NCBI GenBank assembly: GCA_951406725.2
Contig: OX597817.1
Location: forward strand, 59,520,001-59,584,000
Direction of reading: 5' to 3'
Source of the DNA: Octopus vulgaris
Taxonomy: Eukaryota
Length of the DNA: 64,000 nt
The position numbers were made by a program, and so were the translations under genes. Below the pieces are notes generated by a model. It worked only from the letters and a program-made list of their open reading frames with translations. It had not been told where the DNA came from and did not search any database. Positions 12,479 to 25,110 of the stretch are shown here, piece by piece; position 1 is the first letter of the stretch; each line of letters opens with the position of its first letter.

Positions 12479-13799
12479 ATTGGTAGAGTTGTTAGAGCAT
12501 TGAATATAGCCCTTCGTGGAATTTGTTTGAGTGCTCTGTACTCTGAGTTCAAATCCTACAGTAATCAGCTTTTCTTTTTATTCTTTTGAGGTCAATGAAA
12601 AGAAGGATCAAACCAAAGTGCTGGATTGGTAGAACCATTAGAACAACAGACTGCATGCTTTTGTGGCATTTCCTCTACTGCTCTTTGTGTTCTGAGTTCA
12701 AATCCTGCCAAGACCTGATTTGGTGATTAACATAATCCCAGCAAATCTTCACCACCTAGTACCTTGGGTTTCTTCATCAGATTCCACTTTGTTGCAAGCT
12801 TTCAGACCAGGTCTTTGATGTGAGGACCTTTCTTCATTTCCTTACCACCAGTATTGGGGGCCCTGAGGGAGGTCATGGACAATCCCTTTTATCCTGGCTA
12901 AAGGAAAAAGAAAAACCCAATCCCATCACCTGTGTAATAAAGGTGATTATTGTTCACTATACAAACGAGGAATATGGTACTTATTTTTCTATTGTGGCAG
13001 CTGAGAGAGTGGAAAACCGAAAGGCATAAGCATGGCCATGTAATTAAGAAGATTGCAAGAAGTGGCCGTTAGCTGATGATGATGATGATGATGAGAATGA
13101 CCTCTAAAACATCGCTGTTATATTTTCTCTAATTTATCCTCCAAGGCATTTATTTAGTTCGGGGCCATAATGTTTCTTGATAACCCACCTTTCTAATTTA
13201 GTCTCCGGTCATACAGACATTCAATCTGTCACCGTACTCTATCAATGTTCTCTTTAATTTAGTTCAATACCATTGTACTTTTATTACCAGTTCTCTAATT
13301 AATATTGTAATACATTTTTTTTTTAGATTGGTGCCCATCTGATGCCTTAATTTAGTTGTGAAATCATCATCATTATCATCACCATTAACGTCTGTTTTCC
13401 ATGCCAGCACAGGTTGGATGGTTTTGGTAGAAGCCAGTGTACCAAAGCCAGTGTGCCAGGCTTCAATGTCTACTTTGGCATTGTTTTCACAGTAGGCTGC
13501 CTTTCCTGATGCCAACCACTTCTCAGAGTGCATTTGGTAGTTTTTATGTGGCACCAGCAAGATCACCAAGTAAGTCACAAGACAAGACCCCACATTTGAG
13601 TTGGGGATAAGTTGTATTGCTGAAGGTGGGTTTATGCCAGGTAATGAGGAGTTAAAGTATGATAAAGGAACAGACACAGGTGTCTTGTTATTAGAGGAGA
13701 TGCATGACTACCTCAGCATCATCATCATATATAAATATATAAAATATATAAATATCTACATCTATCTTTTCTATCTGCATGTGTGTGTGTGTGTGTGTA

Positions 13800-14180
13800 T
13801 TCTTTTATTTGCTTCAGTCATTTGACTGTGGCCATGCTGGAGCTTCACCTTTAGTCAAACAATTCAATCTCAGGACTTATTCTTTGTAAGCCTAGTACTT
13901 ATTCTATCGGTCTCTTTGCCGAACCGCTAAGTTATGGGTACGTAAACACCAGCATCGGTTGTCAAGTGATGGGGTAGATAAACACACACACATACACACA
14001 CTTTTATACATACATATATACGACAGGCTTCTTTCAGTTTCTATCTACCAAATCCACTCACAAGGCTTTGGTCGGCCTGAGGCTATAGTAGAAGACACTT
14101 GCCCAAGGTACCACGCAGTGGGACTGAACCCGGAACCATGTAATTGGTAAGCAAGCTACTTACCACACAGCCACGCCTGC
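13800..14180 (-). mobile_element. tRNA-derived SINE family B, near full length, with internal microsatellite
   Basis: Minus strand reads GCAGGCGTGGCTGTGTGGTAAG..GGTTCAGTCCC, then CORE-like ACCTTGGGCAAGTGTCTT and tail ..CAAATGACTGAAGC. Other copies at 5040-5715(-), 14200-14357(-), 21645-22590, 25155-25528(-), 39700-39925(-), 52400-53230, 53245-53612(-) and 63875-64000(-). Confidence 0.9.
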
Positions 14181-14635
14181 ATATATATATATATATATAT
14201 ACGACAGGCTTCTTTCAGTTTCCATCTACCAAATCCACTCACAAGGCTTTGGTCTGCCCGAGGCTATAGTAGAAGACACTTGCCCAAGGTGCCACGCAGT
14301 GGGACTGAACCCGGAACCATGTGGTTGGTAAACAAGCTACTTACCACACAGCCACTCATGTGTGTGTGTGTGTGTGTCTGTGTGTATGTGTGCGTATGTA
14401 TGTATGTATTATAGCTGTAAAATCCATCACTGTACTCTATCAATCCTCTCTGATTTAGTCCCGCATCACTAAGATATTTATTTAGCTTGGTACCAACTGC
14501 CCACCCTAATTTAATTGCATAATAGAGATGTTAAAATCCATTTCTGTACTCAATTCTATCTCTAATTTAGTCTATAATATTTTGACTGACCTCTAAAAGC
14601 ATTGTTCTACTATTATCATTTTTATATCACACACA

Positions 14636-14684
<49 letters not shown>

Positions 14685-15432
14685 GTCACTGAACCTTTCA
14701 TTTTTTGTTCTATCTGCTCTGATTTAGTCAAATAATACAAATTACTAAATGGTAGAAATATTGCCTGTGAAACTTCTTGTCCAGCTCTCCTCTTCTCTGC
14801 ACTGACCTCAACCTTCTAGAAGGTTCTGAGAGAAAAACATTACATACACACACACACACACACACACACCAAGAGACCAAACCATTGATCAGAACATTAT
14901 GGTCTTCGAGGATCCTAAACTCTACACATTCAACCCTTTCACTCCATCGTCCTCTTCTACATTTGATTTGATCTTTCCAGAAGAATTCTCTGTCTGACTC
15001 TAACCCACCTCTTAACCAATCTTTGATAGTAAACAGCCCAGTGTCTATAAGTGAATAGGGATGGCTCTCTGGTGGATAACAAATGCTGTTGTTTTGTGAG
15101 TGTGCACATGTGGGTATCTCTAAACTATTCATGTGTTTGTGTGTGTGAATGTGTGTTTGTATCTGTTCATGTATGAATATATGTCTGTGTCTGTTCCTCT
15201 GTGTGTGTATGTCTGCTTGGGTATTTGTTTCTTTGTATAGATGATACCAGCTCTTTCATCCCATTACAATCTACTTCTGTTATTGACTAATATTACAGAA
15301 AAATGCATATTGTTATGTTTATTGGTAGGACTGGCATATTTTGGTTGTTATCTTTCTGTCTATATAACCTTATGCAATATAATTTACATGTTAAAACTGT
15401 GATTTTGTCTACACATGTGTATTTATATATAG

Positions 15433-15486
<54 letters not shown>

Positions 15487-15699
15487 ACATATATATATAT
15501 ATTTATATATATATATACACACACACACTTAAAAATAATATATAAAACCCCACTTCACTCCCATTCACAATTTTATCTTTTCTTTTCTGTTCTCCCCCCC
15601 CCCCCTTCTATCTTTCTATCTCTTCTGATGAATTCACGTTTATAAAGCTCCCTACCCCCCTCCTACTTCCACTCCCCTCACTATGAGATATGTCATCTC

Positions 15700-15772
15700 A
15701 GCCAATGGCCAACCAACTGCCATAGCAACTTGCAGTACTGATTGACAGGTCAGCAGTGAAGCTCCGCCCACC
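15700..15772 (+). promoter_or_regulatory. Candidate Pol II promoter: CCAAT, RFX X-box-like, Pbx-Meis/Prep decamer, GC box
   Basis: CCAAT at 15702-15706, ACTGCCATAGCAAC at 15716-15729, exact TGATTGACAG at 15739-15748 and CTCCGCCCA at 15762-15770, in unique sequence ~200 bp upstream of an ATG and splice donor. Confidence 0.6.
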
Positions 15773-15961
15773 CACTACTACTGTTGTGTGTGAGTAATAG
15801 TTTTGCTGTGTGTCTGCCTGATACTAGCCTTGGCTTTAAAAACCATGTGAATGGAGGAAAAAAGAGAGAACTCATTTCTTCTCGCACCACAGTCTCTATA
15901 TCTCTCTCTCTCTGCTCTGCCTGACATTCACAATTAGTGCTAGAGCTGCTTTACAGACTCC

Positions 15962-16008
15962 ATGTCGGAAGTTCAAGCTAAAACTGTCCCTCCAGTTTTA
16001 ACTACCAG
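15962..16008 (+). CDS. Candidate first coding exon (MSEVQAKTVPPVLTT-), unidentified protein
   Basis: ATG in CTCCATGT context with donor CAG|gtagag (phase 2). Splicing to 19749 keeps the frame open. An alternative ATG at 16084 (MSFLR) has donor GAG|gtatgt at 16099/16100. Confidence 0.4.
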
Positions 16009-19000
16009 GTAGAGTATAAAGTATAAATTTGGCTCCTAGCTGCCACCCTTAATGTCACACAATTAAATTCTCTTATTACGAGGATGAGTTTTCTTCGAGG
16101 TATGTTATTTTAATAGAGATGGAAAGAAGAAAACAAACACCCCCCTCCCCCTAAGAAAAAAAACCATCTCCATCGCTAAATTTTTCTTACTTTAGAAGTT
16201 CAAATAAATTGTTTTAGTTTTTCTTCTTTTAAGAGAAAAAAAATAATGGATATTTCTTGGTTTTCCTGTAAACCGTGGATTATTTATATAAGAGTTATAT
16301 AAAGTTATTTATTTTGTATAATTGTGTAGCCTCAAATGAAACTAATTTCTCTCTCGGACTCTCAACCCATTAAAAAGTCCAGCTAAATAAACTCTCGCTC
16401 ACTGCTTTCTCTCATTAACCCAATTTTTATTTATGTCCATCTGTTTAACTTTATTGCACTGATATTTCTTGAATTTTCCATTTAAAAATGTTTTAATATT
16501 TCTAGTTTCACCAAACTTATCCTACAAGTTGAAGAGCTGCTTGTTCTAAAACCATCTTTACACATTTCTTTATGTCTTATTTCTAAATTACATTGAAATA
16601 AACAATATTGAAATTATTTTTTAAAATGACAAAAACAAAATATTCTGCAATTCCAATTATTCCTGCTAACCATATTTATTCCCTTGCAATCAATACTTGT
16701 TTATTTCCTGTCATCAAACTCAGCATTTAAAATTTTCCATATCCATTTCAGTTGTTTTAAATTTTGGAATTTTTTCCTCTTCTTTAAACAAAAACTGATT
16801 TTCTTTTTTTTTTCTTTTCTTTTGGTAAACACGTCTAGAACCTTCTCTTGCAATGTCAGCAATCTTAGTTATTATTCCCAATTTCAAACAGAACCAAGGT
16901 TGGCATGCAACATGGGTGCATGTGTTTTTAGCCCATGGTCTCATTTAAGTTGACATAAACCTTTTACTTCAAATTTTTGTGTACACACACATATATAGCT
17001 GTATGTAAAATCTACATATCTGTGGTTCTCATTTGATGTGCCATAGATTTTTAAAAAATATAATTTAAAACCTCAGAAGACTCATTTAAAAAAAATATAA
17101 TTTAAAACCTCAGAAGACTCATGCTTAATAATGGTTGAGTATCTTGAAACACATGTTTAATTCATAATTTTGTTTTACACAATAAATAATAAGGTAAGCA
17201 ATAGTTTTTCCATAACTTTTATAATATTTTAAACTTAAAACAGGTTTTTTTTTTTGTTTTAAAAACAATGTTTCCATGTAAAGTGTGCCACTAGTTTTGT
17301 ACATGATGTCCAGTGTGTGATACAAAGTCTCAAAGGCTGAGGATCTCTGGTGTTTGCATATATATATATACATACACACACACACACATGCTGATGAACA
17401 TTAGTTGTCTCAATATCATTTACCTGAGAGGATTTATCTGCAAAGGTCATGGGCACTGTCCTTCTCTTGAACTATATATATACAGACATATATAAAAGTT
17501 TCCCCGTGTTCTGATTCTGTTATTGTGTCCCCACTATAACTGGATTTTATTCCCCCTGAGGGACAACCACAGATTAAAGCTGCTTATTTGGTCATTTTCA
17601 GAGACTTAAGGAGCAAACATTATCTATAACCATCGGTAGTCTAATATTTATTTTATTATTCAAGCACAAAATATCTCCTATTAAATTCATCTTAATTGTG
17701 AGGGATGTCTTTAAAACAAAACGTCCCTCACAAGTAATTAATATTTACTAAACCATACAGGGTTACCCCAACCTCACTTCTACCCCCAGCTCACTGCTTT
17801 TACTCCATGCTGCATGCATTATCTGTCTGTCTTATTCACACTTTTCCCCCCTTAAATGTGTTTCAAGTGCTGTTTACATTACATACAGGTCTGTCTCAAC
17901 TGCATTATAGGGCCCTGGACAAATCAGAGCACTGGGTCCTGTAGTATTTATTTATGGACAGCAAACCACAACATACATAGAATTGGGCCCCTACATCCAT
18001 TTAAAGTGTTTTCACCTTCACTACTACCCAGGTTTCAATTCCAGACACCATCACACATCAAAACATACATCTGAAAGCCTCCATTTGGGATTCAGTAAAA
18101 AATGTCTGTCTTTTTAGCAAAGACAGCAGACCTCTATTTTTTTCTACACTACCCACTTCATACCCTAAACACTGGCTTTTTGTTGATGCTTCTACCCCCA
18201 CCACTAATTAGGTCATTAATACGACTTTCTAATTAGTCATCATTTATTGTTGTTACGTCTCTCAATGGCTTCCTCTTGTCTTTTGCTTTATTTAAAGAAA
18301 TAAAGAAATTGTTTGTTTACTTAGCATCTTGCAACACACGTGGTGTTTGCCCAAAGTAGGGGTGAGTGTGGGGGAGGGGTGAAGAAATTTGGGGATTTGT
18401 TTGTGAATCTGTCATTTGTCATTTGTGTCAAGATCCTTTGTGCGTGTGTGATTAAACATAAACTTACAGCAGGTCAAACATGTACTCAGACCAAATCTAT
18501 GTTGATGCTGGGAATCATCACTGTTGTCTTCAGCACTGTCATTGTCAGCATCTTCTACTACTACTATTACTACTACTACTGCTGCTACATGTTGTACTAC
18601 TACTACAATTGCTACATGTTGTTTAGCCTGAAAATGAAAAAGGTTGAATGTTTAGGACGTGGGTTCAGTTTTTGCATAATTTAAACAAATACAAGCTAAG
18701 AGAAGCAACCCAGGGTGGCCAGTAGTATTTAAACAACACTGACAAATACGGGTATATCAAATACCATATAATATACATCATCATTTGACATCCGCCTTCC
18801 ATGCTGGCATGGACTGGACATTTTGACAGGAGCTGCACCAGACTTCTGTGACTGTTTTGGCAGGATTTTTACAACTGGATGCCCTTCCTAAAACCAACCA
18901 CTCAGCAGAGTGGACTCAGTGGTTCTTATGTGGCACCGGCATAGACGAGGCCAGTTTTGGCATGTTTTTTTTTACTGTTGGATGACCTTCTAAATGCCAA

Positions 19001-19748
19001 CCACTTTACATTGTGGACTGGATGCTTTTTATGTAGCACCAGCACTGGTAGGGTTACCAAGTAACTTTCAAGACAAAGAATCTTTGAGAGAGGATGTGGT
19101 TAGGGTTAGAGGTGATCTTGTGTCAGATTATGAAAGGTTAGCGTGTATCAGAGAGACAGAAATAGGTGTCTTGTTGTGGAGGAGGTACATGGTTACCCAG
19201 TCAGAGAAAGAGAGAGAAGGAGTGATCAAGCTTGAGGCCAGTAATGGGTGTATTGCTATAGAGGAGGCACGGGGTTAACCAGTCCAAGGGATAGGGCAAG
19301 AGGGAGAGCTGGCGGAAACATTAGCACGCTGGGCAAAATGTGTAGCCGTATTTCGTCTGCCGTTACGTTCTGAGATCAAATTCCGCTGAGGTCGACTTTG
19401 CCTTTCATCCTTTCGGGGTCGATTAAATAAGCACCAGTTACGCACTGGGGTCGATATAATCAACTTAATCCCTTTGTCTGTCCTTGTTAGTCCTCTCTGT
19501 TTAGCCCCTTGTGGGTAGTACAAAAATAGGGCAATAGGGAGAGAGCAAGAGAAGGAAAGAGGGGGAGTTCAGGAGAGAGACGGTGGTGAAAGTGGCAGGG
19601 CATGCTCACAAGGAATGGAGATCAGTCTTGGTTTTATCTCCACTGACCATTTTCTGTCCAGTATCCATTGGCATTTATTTTTGAGTGTCCATGTCTTTAA
19701 TAATATTAACTCACAAACCAATCTCTCTTCTTGATTTCTCATTTTCAG

Positions 19749-19795
19749 TTCCACGCAGTTGTTACATTCTATAAAGGATCAAGTTTCATCAGAAG
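19749..19795 (+). CDS. Candidate 47-nt internal exon (-STQLLHSIKDQVSSE-)
   Basis: Strong polypyrimidine tract tctctcttcttgatttctcattttcag and consensus donor AAG|gtaagt. Open in frame with the 15962 exon. Confidence 0.55.
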
Positions 19796-20221
19796 GTAAG
19801 TTTCAAACGAATATTTGAAAGGTAAACACAAACATTTCAAAATAGTAAATAATCACAGTCAGGTGTGTTTGGGGAAGAATTACTGGAATATCAATGTTCT
19901 GTGTTTTGTCTCAACACCATTTTCTTTGATCTCATTATAGCACCGACATTCTTCTATATACATCATAGAGTACATTGTATAGTGCCCACATTTTAGTACA
20001 TACGTTATATGGGATCATCATCAGTAAGTGTCTGCTTTCCTTGCTGGCATGGGTTGGACAGTTTGACAGGGCTGTCAAACTGGAGAGCTGCACCAGGTTT
20101 TGGTGTCTGCTTTGGCTTGATTTCTACAGTTGGATACCTTTTCTAACATTGACCACTTTACAGAACATATCAGAACAATTCCCCCCCTCCCTTGATAACA
20201 ATTACTCCCTCTCCAATATAT

Positions 20222-20528
20222 ATATATATTTGTTTTTTGTTCCTTCTCGAGCCACACCTGGCTCATAAGGGCCAGTTTCCTTGGTGTATAGGTTCCCCAC
20301 ATGGACGGGACGCCGGTCCATCGCAGGTGAGCTGCAAGATGCAGGAGGAAAGAGTGAGAGAAAGTTGTGGCGAAAGAGTCAGCAGAAGTTCACCATTACT
20401 TTCTGCCGGAGCCGTGTGGAGCTTAGGTGTTTCACTCATAAACACACACATCGCCCGATCAGGGATTCGAACCCGTGATCCCTTGATTGCGAGTCTGCTA
20501 CTCTAACCACTAGGCCATGTGCCTCCAC
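20222..20528 (-). mobile_element. tRNA(Arg-like)-derived SINE family D with 11-bp target-site duplication
   Basis: Minus-strand head GTGGAGGCACATGGCCTAGTGGTTAGAGTAGCAGACTCGC..GGTTCGAATCCC. TSD CTCCAATATAT at 20211-20221 and 20529-20539. Confidence 0.85.
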
Positions 20529-20898
20529 CTCCAATATATTAAGAAGTTTTAAATCATCATCTGTTGTCCTCAGGGCTAATTGTCCTTGGTGGGGTAAATG
20601 CCCTAGACTCGTACAGTGTACTGGGTGGTTTTATTGTGGTGCCACCATCAGTGCTTTTTACATGGAACCAGCTCTGGTGTTCTTTATATGGCTCCATCAC
20701 TGACAAGGTCACCAAGTGTCTTGCAAAACTAAAAAGGGCAAAACCCTCCGATCAACTGGGAGGGGGAGGAGTATTGAGTGGGGATGGTCATGTGCCAGCT
20801 GAGAGATTAAAATACGGAGACTGAGATAGGTGTCTTGCTGTGGATACCGGGAAAGAAGAGTGTGTTAGAGAGTAAGCTAAGACATACATTATATAGTA

Positions 20899-21528
20899 CA
20901 GTGGTTCCCGACCTGCTTCAGACCCCTGGTGGGGATCTGTGAACTAAATTCAAAAGCCAACATTCAAGCGTGGTCGATGCCAGTCCCCACCACTGACTGG
21001 CTCCTGTGCCGGTGGCACATAAAAGGCACCATTCAAGCGAGTACAATGCCAGTCCCCTCATCAACTGGCTCCTGTACAGGTGGCACATAAAAGGCACCAT
21101 TCGAGTGTGGTTGATGCCAGTCCCCCCACCAACTGGCTCCTGTGCTAATGGCACATAAAAAGCACCATTCAAGCGAGGTCAAAGCCAGTTGCCCCACTGA
21201 CTGTCTCCCGTGCCGGTGGCACATAAAAAGTACCATTCAAGCATAGTCGATACCAGTGCCACCTGACTGGCTCCCGTGCCAGAGGTACGTGAAAATCAAC
21301 CACTACACTCAGAGTGGTTGGCATTAGGAAGGGCATCCAGCTGTAGAAAATCTGCCAGATCAAGATTGGAGCCTGGTGCAGCCTACTGGTTTACCAGACC
21401 CCGGTTGAACCGTCCAACTCATGCTAGCATGGAAAATGGATGTTAAACGATGATAATGACATAAGTATAAGCATATTAAAAGAGGCCAGTGGGCAAACTC
21501 ATTTAAATAAAAGGGTTGGGAACTACTG
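20899..21528. mobile_element. hAT-type (Charlie-like) MITE interrupted by an RTE 3' end (20957-21460, +)
   Basis: TIRs CAGTGGTTCCCGACC / GGTTGGGAACTACTG. Degenerate 8-bp flanks atatagta / gcataata. Confidence 0.7.
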
Positions 21529-22589
21529 GCATAATACATACAGTATGTAATATGTACTATATATACTATATACATCTACTAATAACTAACCTACCTTCAA
21601 GGTATTTGTTCTTTCGTTACTCGTTTAATATTAGTATCATCAGTGCAGGTGTGGTTGTGCAGTTGAGAAACTTGTTTCCCAACCATGTGGTCTTGGGTTC
21701 AGTCCCACGGTGTGGTACCTCAGGCAAGTGTCTTCTAATACAGCCCCAGGCCAACCAAAGCCTTGTGATCAGATTTGGTTGAGGGAAACTGAAAGAAGCC
21801 TCTCGCGTATGTGTACATATATGTTTCTGAGTAATTTGTCCTGATGTCAGCAACTGGTTGTAAATGAACATCAGTCATAGAAAATATCTTTATTTAACAT
21901 GTTTAATTCAATTGTAATCGTGGCTGTGTGGTTAAAATGCTTGTTTCTGTGACCACATGGTTTCAGGTTCAGACTTACATCACAGTGCATTGGACAAGTG
22001 TCGTTTATAGCCCTGGGCCAACTAAGGCCTTGTGAGTGGATTTGGTAAATGGAAACTGAAAGAAGCCTGTTATGTGTTTTGACATTACATGATACTTGTA
22101 AATGAACAGTTCCATCAGACAAGCGATGTTGTTTCCATGAAAAGATATTGGTAAGAATTACCTTACTGGGAAATAGGCAAAGGTTGGCAATGGAGGGACA
22201 TCCAACTGTAGAAAATCTACCTCATTAAACTCCATCTAACCCTTGCAAGAATGGAAAAGAGGTTCTTAAATGATGATGGCATTTGAGCTGGTGTCTTCTA
22301 CTTCAGCCCTGGATCAATGAAAACCTTCTGAGTGACTTTCATAGATGAAAACTGACAAAAAACATGGCATACGTATAGTGTTTGGTTTGTTCCTATTTTG
22401 GTTTAGTATTTTTTGTATGAGTTATGTTAAAATCCTTAGTGGGGTGCAGGCATGGCTGTGTGGTAAGAAGCTTGCTTCCCAGCAACATGGTTCCAGATTC
22501 AGTCCCACTGCGTGGCACCTTGAGCAAGCGTCAGGCCAACCAAAGTATAGTGAGTGGATTTGGTAGATGGAAACTGGAAGAAGCCCATC

Positions 22590-22643
<54 letters not shown>

Positions 22644-24649
22644 GGCAAAGTGGCCAAGTTCCTTTCGAGTGTTGGGCCTCACAGAGGCACTGACCAAGAC
22701 CTTTGGCATTATGCTGTGCTTGAGAAGAAGACCCGTCAAGCTGAGCAAAATCGCAGTCGTAGCAGATACTGGTGGCACATAAAAGCATATAGCAACATAT
22801 GCACAGTACACATTTAGTTTATTGATATTTTTGTAACAGTCCTACACACACACACTCTTCTATATTATGGCCATACAATGTATTTCAGTAGCCATTGCGT
22901 GGTTTTTGTTTTGAAAATTAAGGTTTGGTATGGGTAATAACACAGATACTTGTATAAACTTGTAGAACCCACAATAGAAAGGAATGATAGGTCTAACATT
23001 CTGCTTGGGTTAACACAAAAGAGTTGTGGACACTGATTAACAAACCTTGATCATTATCCTCATCATTCAAGATCTGTTTTCCATGCTGGTATGGGTTGGA
23101 TGTTTTGACAGGATCCAACAGGTCAGAGGCCTATGTCAGGCTCTGATGTCTGTTTTGACATGGTTTCTACAGCTGGATGCCCTTCCTCATGCCAACCATT
23201 ATACATTGTGTACTGGAGTGCATTTTTCATGTCACCAGCAGCAGTGAAGTTGCCAAGTAGCTTGCAAGATGAAACCCCTTGATTGGGTAGTATCGAGGGA
23301 GGTGGCTTTATGTCAGGTGTTGAAGGGCAAGAATATGATAGACGGGTAGGAACAGGTGTTTTGCAGTTGAGGAAATGCATGACTATGCCAGGTAGAAAAG
23401 GAGAGAAGACTATAGTGGTGATGAGGTACCAGGACATACCCTCAACATACAAGAGGTTGAATGTGAGGTGGGGTGGGACAGGTGAGTATAGGTAGGGGAT
23501 ATAAGGATATAGGTGATGCACAAACGACAAACTGGGAAGGATGACATGGCAAGGATTATCAAAAGTGGTTGCATCCAGCAGACTAAGATCACTTTAGTAG
23601 AATGCTACCAGTGCTTATAGGTAGTTCTTTAATCCACGTTAATCTACCAAAGTAAAATAATCATGATCAGTTATTTCATAGTAACAGTAATTATTTACAA
23701 TTTTGGTATCATTGACCGGAAAATGCAGGGAATCAAAGAAGTCTGATAAAAAGCAAGGAAGTTTCTCAACACACAAATGGGTCATACAATCTTATATGTA
23801 GATTGGTTGTGTAAGCCAGAGATTCCCAAACAGCCAACATAGGGTAACACCATTTACTGGAAACATGAAAGTTTCTCACCATAAAAAGGATATACAATCT
23901 TCTGGCTAATGTAGAACAGTTGTATATCCAGAGACAATGAGATACATTGAACTTCAGTCTGCTGTGATGCTGCTATTTTCGGATGCTATCTGTGCATCTG
24001 TGTGGACAACGATAAATACTTTGTGGTATTTACAATCCTTTATGAAGTACCAATAATATAATATGTGTTGATTTAGCTGACTACAACCTTTGCCTTATAA
24101 ATCTGTGTTCTTGTGTTAATCTGAAAGGAAAGACATTATTGTTTCCATTTCATTGTATTTAACTTTGTCTCAACAGAAACTTGAGTTTTTGTTTACAAGA
24201 GAATTCTCTCAAATGCCAACAGTTTTCCAAGAACATATTCTGCAACAGTTTTCCAAGAACATATTCTGCAACTGTTTGGCATATGGATGGCTTGGAAGTT
24301 GTTTGAGGTATCTGTTGAATTTCAGTGATTACTGAGGCCTTTTGTATCCGATCTTAATCGCTAACTCATCAGAATTTTTATTACAAGTTTCTCATGACAT
24401 CAATAATTGAAGTAGATTTTCACCTTTTCATATATTAATCATTACACCAGGTCAGCTAACCAGGATGTTATTTATTTGATTGTGTCACTAATGCTTCTGT
24501 GTGAAACATGCTCAAACCAGTTAAACCCAGTTACTTTGTATTCAAGTTTCTTGCAAACTGACTAGGAGAAGTAACTTCCCACAATATTGTGCCAGTCCGA
24601 TATTCTTTCAATGCCATTACAGGGCAACAACACCAGTTTTCTTTTACAT

Positions 24650-25110
24650 ATGTTTTTCTCTAAAGATGTGGACTGTTTCCAATAGAGTGAGCTTCAAGAC
24701 TCTGTAAGATGCCAGTGTTGCTAAGGACACAATCGGTGAATTTTTTTCCCATTATTCCCATCTTCATAAATCCTAGAGCTTTGATAATCCCTGGTATTAT
24801 TTCTGTTTTCATCCCTCACATCCAGGATCTTTCTACTTGCTCAGCAGTTCTGTGACTTTCACGACTGTCCTTTCTTTCTTGACAGTATTGCTTTGTCGGT
24901 AAGTGCGTACCTCTTACCTTCCTGCCTTTGATGACAATATCAGGCTTGTTGATTTACCTCTCTATTACGATGGATGGACCTATCCCCGCAGTAGGGGACA
25001 TTGTTATTGTCAGTGAAGTGCTTCATTTCATGGTCATTCGATTTTCCAGTTGACTTCACCTTGTAACACCTGTATTTTTTCTAGTACAGGTATGTTGCTG
25101 TTTTGTTTCA
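24650..25110 (-). mobile_element. Highly decayed R4/Dong-type endonuclease fragment
   Basis: Minus-strand traces KPDIVIK..GMKTEIIPGIIKALG resemble the RLE region at 1190-1400. Confidence 0.5.

Noticed and set aside
13090-14730. Recurrent CTGTACTCTATCAAT..TAATTTAG motifs
   Set aside because: Probably an old decayed minisatellite split by later insertions; too degenerate to define.
20957-21300. Regularly spaced repeats resembling a CRISPR array (also 52586-52850)
   Set aside because: The 'spacers' are homologous to each other, there are no cas genes, the context is eukaryotic, and the units belong to an RTE 3' UTR.
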